Below, one piece after another: positions 58,931 through 64,000 of a DNA stretch of 64,000 nucleotides. Position numbers and translations under genes: made by a program. The notes under the pieces were generated by a model. The model was given only the letters and a program-made list of their open reading frames with translations. It ran no database searches and was not told the origin of the DNA. Origin of the DNA: the human T2T-CHM13v2.0 reference genome, Homo sapiens; the NCBI RefSeq assembly GCF_009914755.1, contig NC_060926.1. One strand, 5' to 3'. Numbering within the stretch: the stretch's first letter is position 1; the number at the start of each line of letters is the position of its first letter.

Positions 58931-60104
58931 GTGGCATTGTTCTGTGAGCTCTGAAAGGACTAGTCAAGGATACATGCAGGATGCAAATTAAATCCATGGC
59001 AAAGAAGTGCAATGTAAGTAACAGCAAATTAATCAGTAACATATTTTGGGAATTATTGACTGTAATACATGATTCATTTTGTAGCTGATTTTAAAAATAC
59101 CGGAGCCAAATCTCCAGACAATAATGATTTGCAAAATGACAATGGAAGCATTTAAAGGACTGTTAAGCATAAGGTGCTTTCATGAAAAAATTTGGATCAT
59201 GCTACAAATATATACAGTTAAATATGTATATTGAAATTTTAATTACTTAAAATAAAACCTATAGAATCCAAACCAGCAGATGAAGTATAAAAAGAGGGAG
59301 AGATAGAGAGAGGGAGAAATGAAAAGAAAGTGCCAGGATTCAAATGACTCAGAAGTTTTCAAGGCTAAATGATTGGGAAGATAACATTTACATAAATGGA
59401 AAAGGATATACAAGAATATGAGACATAAGCAAAAGATTTAAAAGCACAGTTTACTAACTTGTCAAGGGTAATGAGTGCCAATTTGAATTATTAATAGCCC
59501 CTTAAAAGGTGAAATCAGTGAGCTGAAAAAATATATTATGAATTTTTGTTTCTACTTATGCAAAATTTACTAGTTCCTTACCACTGGAATGAAATGTGAC
59601 CCAAAAAAATGGTATACTAATTAAAATGTTGCTCTTAGGAATGCACTCCCATCACAATGAAAAGAAAAACCTCTATCTGCAAGGTAAGAGTACAGAGGTG
59701 ATATTTGCTTTCTTAGCCTTCAAAAGAGAGGCCAAAGAATTTAAACAAAAACAAAAAACAGAGAAAGACTTCACAACATTTGAACAAGAACAGCTGCTCC
59801 TTTCCTCAACCTAGTCATAATAGAGCAAATTATAACCTTTGTGTAAACATTTACTTTCAGCGCAAACTAGACACTAAGCAGGTGCAATAGGAACACAAAG
59901 ATCTCATATGTCAAGGAAGAGAATATTGTCAACACTTTATTACTACATTTAGTAGGATATAATAAGAGACAAGTCCTTAATATCATCATCATGGAATTAT
60001 GCTTTCATTCATTCCTTCACCAAGCATGAGTTCCAAATTTGTTTCAACTTCATTCCATAGTTGAGCTTAGTTATTTAAATAATCATAACCAGTTAACTTT
60101 AAAT

Positions 60105-60240
60105 TGCATTATACTTTATATTATTTTATACTGAATTCTGTATTTTTTACACAATCCTAAGAGGTAAGTTGGTGTGGCTATGATATCAACTTTGCTGATG
60201 AAAAAATTCTGATTTGGAGAGATGAAATGGCTCCCATAGG
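60105..60240 (-). mobile_element. MIR fragment
   Basis: ACAATCCTAAGAGGTAAG...CTTTGCTGATGAAAAAATTCTGA...GAGAGATGAAATGGCT. Confidence 0.5.
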
Positions 60241-60929
60241 TTTTTAAGTCTTTAGAGGCAATTAGAAAATGGAGCAGTTCTTAGATTCCCTAACTTAAAG
60301 TTTGGTTTTTCTTTGTATTAAAGTACATTTTTAGACAATATCATACAATAAATGTTAGCTGTAAAGTTGGTTTGGTTAAAGCTTATTTGTAAAATAAAGA
60401 ATTTAGAGCATAATTACATTAGTGTATTTTAAATTAAGAATCCCATACTAAGTGGGGTCAATTTGATTTAAATTTGTACTTACAGAGATTTGCATAATAA
60501 AATATTTTAGCAACAAACAGTAAATAAGAGCTGAGAGAGTGGAGCCAGCATATGGACACAATTATTCTGAGAAGCCTTGTTGGCACTAAGGCTATTAAAT
60601 ATTATAATCAGGCAGAGTTTTGTTGGTAAAACCTAAAGATTTCTTTTCTACTCTCTCTGCTTTGTGTAGTTTGGTTCTTAATTTCATGAAAATGTAGATT
60701 AGTTTGTAAAATAAAGAAGTGATGGAATCAGCAACTGCTGTCACAGGACCTGGACCAAGCAAGTTCTAAAGCCTTAGGCATCTGCTGACATGCCTCTCCT
60801 TCACCTAGTCTTCAAAGGTTTACAGTAGAGAAGGTGGCCTGGGTCAACTCTTATTCTCACATTCCTTCCAGTGTGTCAACCTAATACAGAGATTTGAAAG
60901 TAAGGCCTAATTTTACAAAAACTGTAGAG

Positions 60930-61108
60930 TAGTGATTTACAAACTTCATTGTAGAATCGCAATTAACATATGAGCTATTAGAAAATACAGATGTGTAGTC
61001 TTCACCCCTTGAAAGTTTGGTTCTCTGGCCATAGGGTATGCTTTGGGCATCTGTAGTTATTTAAAACCCCTCCAGATGATTTGGCTGTTAAGATGGAAAT
61101 AACTATTG
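60930..61108. mobile_element. MER5-type hAT MITE
   Basis: TAGTGATTTACAAACTT...AAAATACAGAT...GGCATCTGTA...CTCCAGATGATT. Confidence 0.55.
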
Positions 61109-61509
61109 TACTTGTCAAATACCAGCTTACGAGGCTGGGGACTCTCTTGCAGCTTCTAACTTCTGAATTCTCAGCTCACTGCTTTAGATACATTTTAATC
61201 TCAAAGAAAAGAGAGCAGCCTGTTTTCTTGAAAAAAGGTCAGGACATTTATTGGGACATATTTTCATATTAGAGGAGGGTACTGTTATTTACAGAGGATA
61301 CCTCATGATAACATTGTCTATTTGCTGCCTGGGACAGAGACACCAGGTTTTGTGTTCTCCTTCTTGTGAGCATTATTAAGTAGCTAAATTAGATAGAGCC
61401 TTCTTTATAATCTATATCTCTCTTTCCACATTTCAATCTGTCCAGTAGTAAAACAAAAGGGTCACTGGTACATATGCTAATGGTTCTGAGTTTCTATGAC
61501 TACCTTCTT

Positions 61510-61787
61510 TAATTTTTTTATTTGTTTTAATTTTTTAATTGACTGATAATAATTGTACTGATTCATGGAGTACATAATGATGTTTCAGTACCTGTAATAT
61601 ATAGTGATCAAATCAGGATTTTAGCATATCCATCATATGAATCATTTATTACTTCTTCATGTGGGGAGCATTCAGTATCCTTCTGGCTATTTGAAAGTAT
61701 ATAATATTTTACTGTTAACTATAGTCATCTTATAGTGGCATAGAACACTAGAACTTATTTCTTCTACCTCGCTGTAGTTTTGTACCT
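61510..61787 (-). mobile_element. L1MA 3'-end fragment
   Basis: TAATTGAC...ATAATTGTAC...AGTGATCAAATCAGG...TAGCATATCCATCA...TGTTAACTATAGTCA...TAGAACACTAGAACTTATT. Confidence 0.8.
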
Positions 61788-62636
61788 GAGGATAGGATTC
61801 CTACAGTTTAGATTTTGGTTCGGAGGAGACTGTTATCCACTGAAGCTTCAAGCCTAGACCATGTAACCAGTCTTATAAGAGCCCTAAATTGGGAGTTTTG
61901 GGGCTCATGAATCACCTCTAATATGGCTGTAATTCAGATACTATTTTTCGAAGTTTCTTGCACTCAGTATGCCTGGAAGTATCTTCAGCCTCTTCAATTT
62001 GCTTCTGAGATTTTTGTCTGGCCTTATTGTCTATATCATGCAGTGCCTTCCATTATTAAAAAATAAAAACACTGTACTTTCAAGGCACTGACAATCATGG
62101 ATTCATTCCCATCTATCATTTTCTCTCAGTTATTCCATTGTTCCCAGGTCAGAGTCCTGTTGCTCCTCACTCTTTGGTGGAATTGAGTAGAGAAACAGTT
62201 CTCACTTCTCTGAACTATGTTTATTAAGGCCATAATGTGTGCATAGCTCCCAAGATGCAAGCTTTTCTAAGTTGACTGTAGCTCATTCTCCCCCAAATGC
62301 ATGTTGGGAGAGAATATCAAGGTCGGGTCATATCAATATAGTCATGACTAAATGACCTGTTGATATTGTATTTTATTGAAGTTCCCTTGTAACTCTGGGA
62401 CAAATCCACTCCCAGGAAGCCGTTCTGTCCCTTATCAAACTAAATGCTCTGGTCCAAACTTCTATATCTTCAGAAATGACTGAGATTCTTGTCATAGGAG
62501 TCTCCATAATCCCATGGGGGGAAAGTATGGTTGTAAATGGATCTAGCGAAATGTCACATTTTGTAACAAAATCTCAGTCTGACTTACTTGAGTTCCCTAC
62601 CATCCTTAGTACTGTATAATTTATACACTAATATTT

Positions 62637-62720
62637 GTATATATCTATCTCTATGTATCCATCTATATATCTATGAATCTATCTCCATTTATCACATATC
62701 TATCTCTATTAGCTACATAT
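62637..62720. repeat. Degenerate (TCTA)n tract
   Basis: Direct inspection. Confidence 0.7.
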
Positions 62721-64000
62721 CATGTACTTGTATCTACTCCCTCCTTATGAAGATATTAATTTGTTAGTTTTGTGTAACTCTACTGACCTGGAGTAAACTG
62801 AGATATATGGGAGATTTATGCTTAGCACAAATTCTGCGAAAGATTTATGTTCAACATCTCCTTTTAAAATATATATTTTAAAACGAGCTTCCCAAAATAC
62901 TTATTTCAAACACCATGAAAGAAAAAATGGTATTTAACCCATTTAGAGTCTGACATACATTTTTCTTATTTAACACATTTTTATATAGCTTGAGGTTTCT
63001 TATTTGATTTTTAAATTATTGTGTTAGGAATTATTTTCATTGAAAGATTATTAATGTAAATTAAGTCATAGCAATAACATAAAGATTAATTTTATATATT
63101 CACATTCCTCAGTAAAAATATGATAAAATTTCCATAGAGTTGATTTTTTTCAACTTTATTCTTGAGTATGACCCAATAAATCTGATTTACAGGGCAATTA
63201 TGCAAAACTGTTTTTATTATCACTTTGGATAAAAGTACTATATAAAATAATCTAATAAAATGGTGACTAAGGCACAGCATGTCCTCCAAATGAAAACACA
63301 GGAGCTCTGGTCTGTCTTATTCTTATACTGAGTCCTGTTCCTAGAGTTTCTGTGAGCTCTGAAAAAAATTTCTCTTAGACCCCAATGACAATATTCTTAC
63401 TAAGCATACTCCCTCACCAAGGAAATATCTAGTGGCTGCCCTGATTTTGAAATATATTCTGACTAGTGCCCCACATTTGATTCCTTGGAATCTAACTTTT
63501 GGAAACTATCAGACATATGGACAATAGGGAATAGTGCAGAATTCTCTCCTGTGATTAGTACTGAATCATTCCAGATGAGCTGGAAAAATCTTTCATGTAC
63601 CTGGACCCATGGAATTCAAGAGCTATCTAGCTAAAGAAAGTGGGAATGAGATTTGTTTCCATTGTCAATGCAAGCAACTCAACTAACTATCCTCAAATTA
63701 TATTTTAGCCTCTGGAAGGTTTGGCAAATGCTTGGTTAGTCTAGAAAAAGATATTTGGGAAGGCCACATTACTCAGAGTTGTATGCATCTGAAACCTTTG
63801 TGTGCGTATTTTAAAAATAATTTAGAAAATATATGTACTCACCATTAAGTCATCTTAAAATGTTGTATTTCAATTTTAAATAGCTGGAAAGAATAATTTG
63901 AGGCAGAATATTATGTCAATCTTTAAACAATTTAAGTGGCATAAAAATACATACTGTTATACATATTATCATATATATATATACACACACGTGCAAAACG

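Overview
This is AT-rich primate genomic DNA. An essentially unmutated AluYb8-lineage element indicates human. I find no supportable protein-coding exon, RNA gene or CRISPR array. The window is mostly interspersed repeats: two near-full-length Tigger1 transposons, a full-length dead L1PA with a 17-bp TSD, a complete LTR-internal-LTR MSTA element, six dimeric-type Alus and one monomer, several MaLR/ERV LTRs, MITEs, and old L1M/L2/MIR fragments. The recognisable ORFs in the track are decayed transposon ORFs or Alu/simple-repeat translations. I do not see a new multi-gene biological system. Three observations stand out. (1) A long Tigger15-type copy (32580-34302) keeps about 700 bp of a decayed pogo/Tigger transposase gene between the two halves of the non-autonomous Tigger15a sequence. 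(2) A fold-back inverted duplication (659-1350) copies a MER1B end plus its flank and preserves the empty site of a later MADE1 insertion. (3) There is a series of smaller templated duplications and micro-inversions. Subfamily names come from recalled consensus sequences, not from a database run. Boundaries of old elements are approximate.
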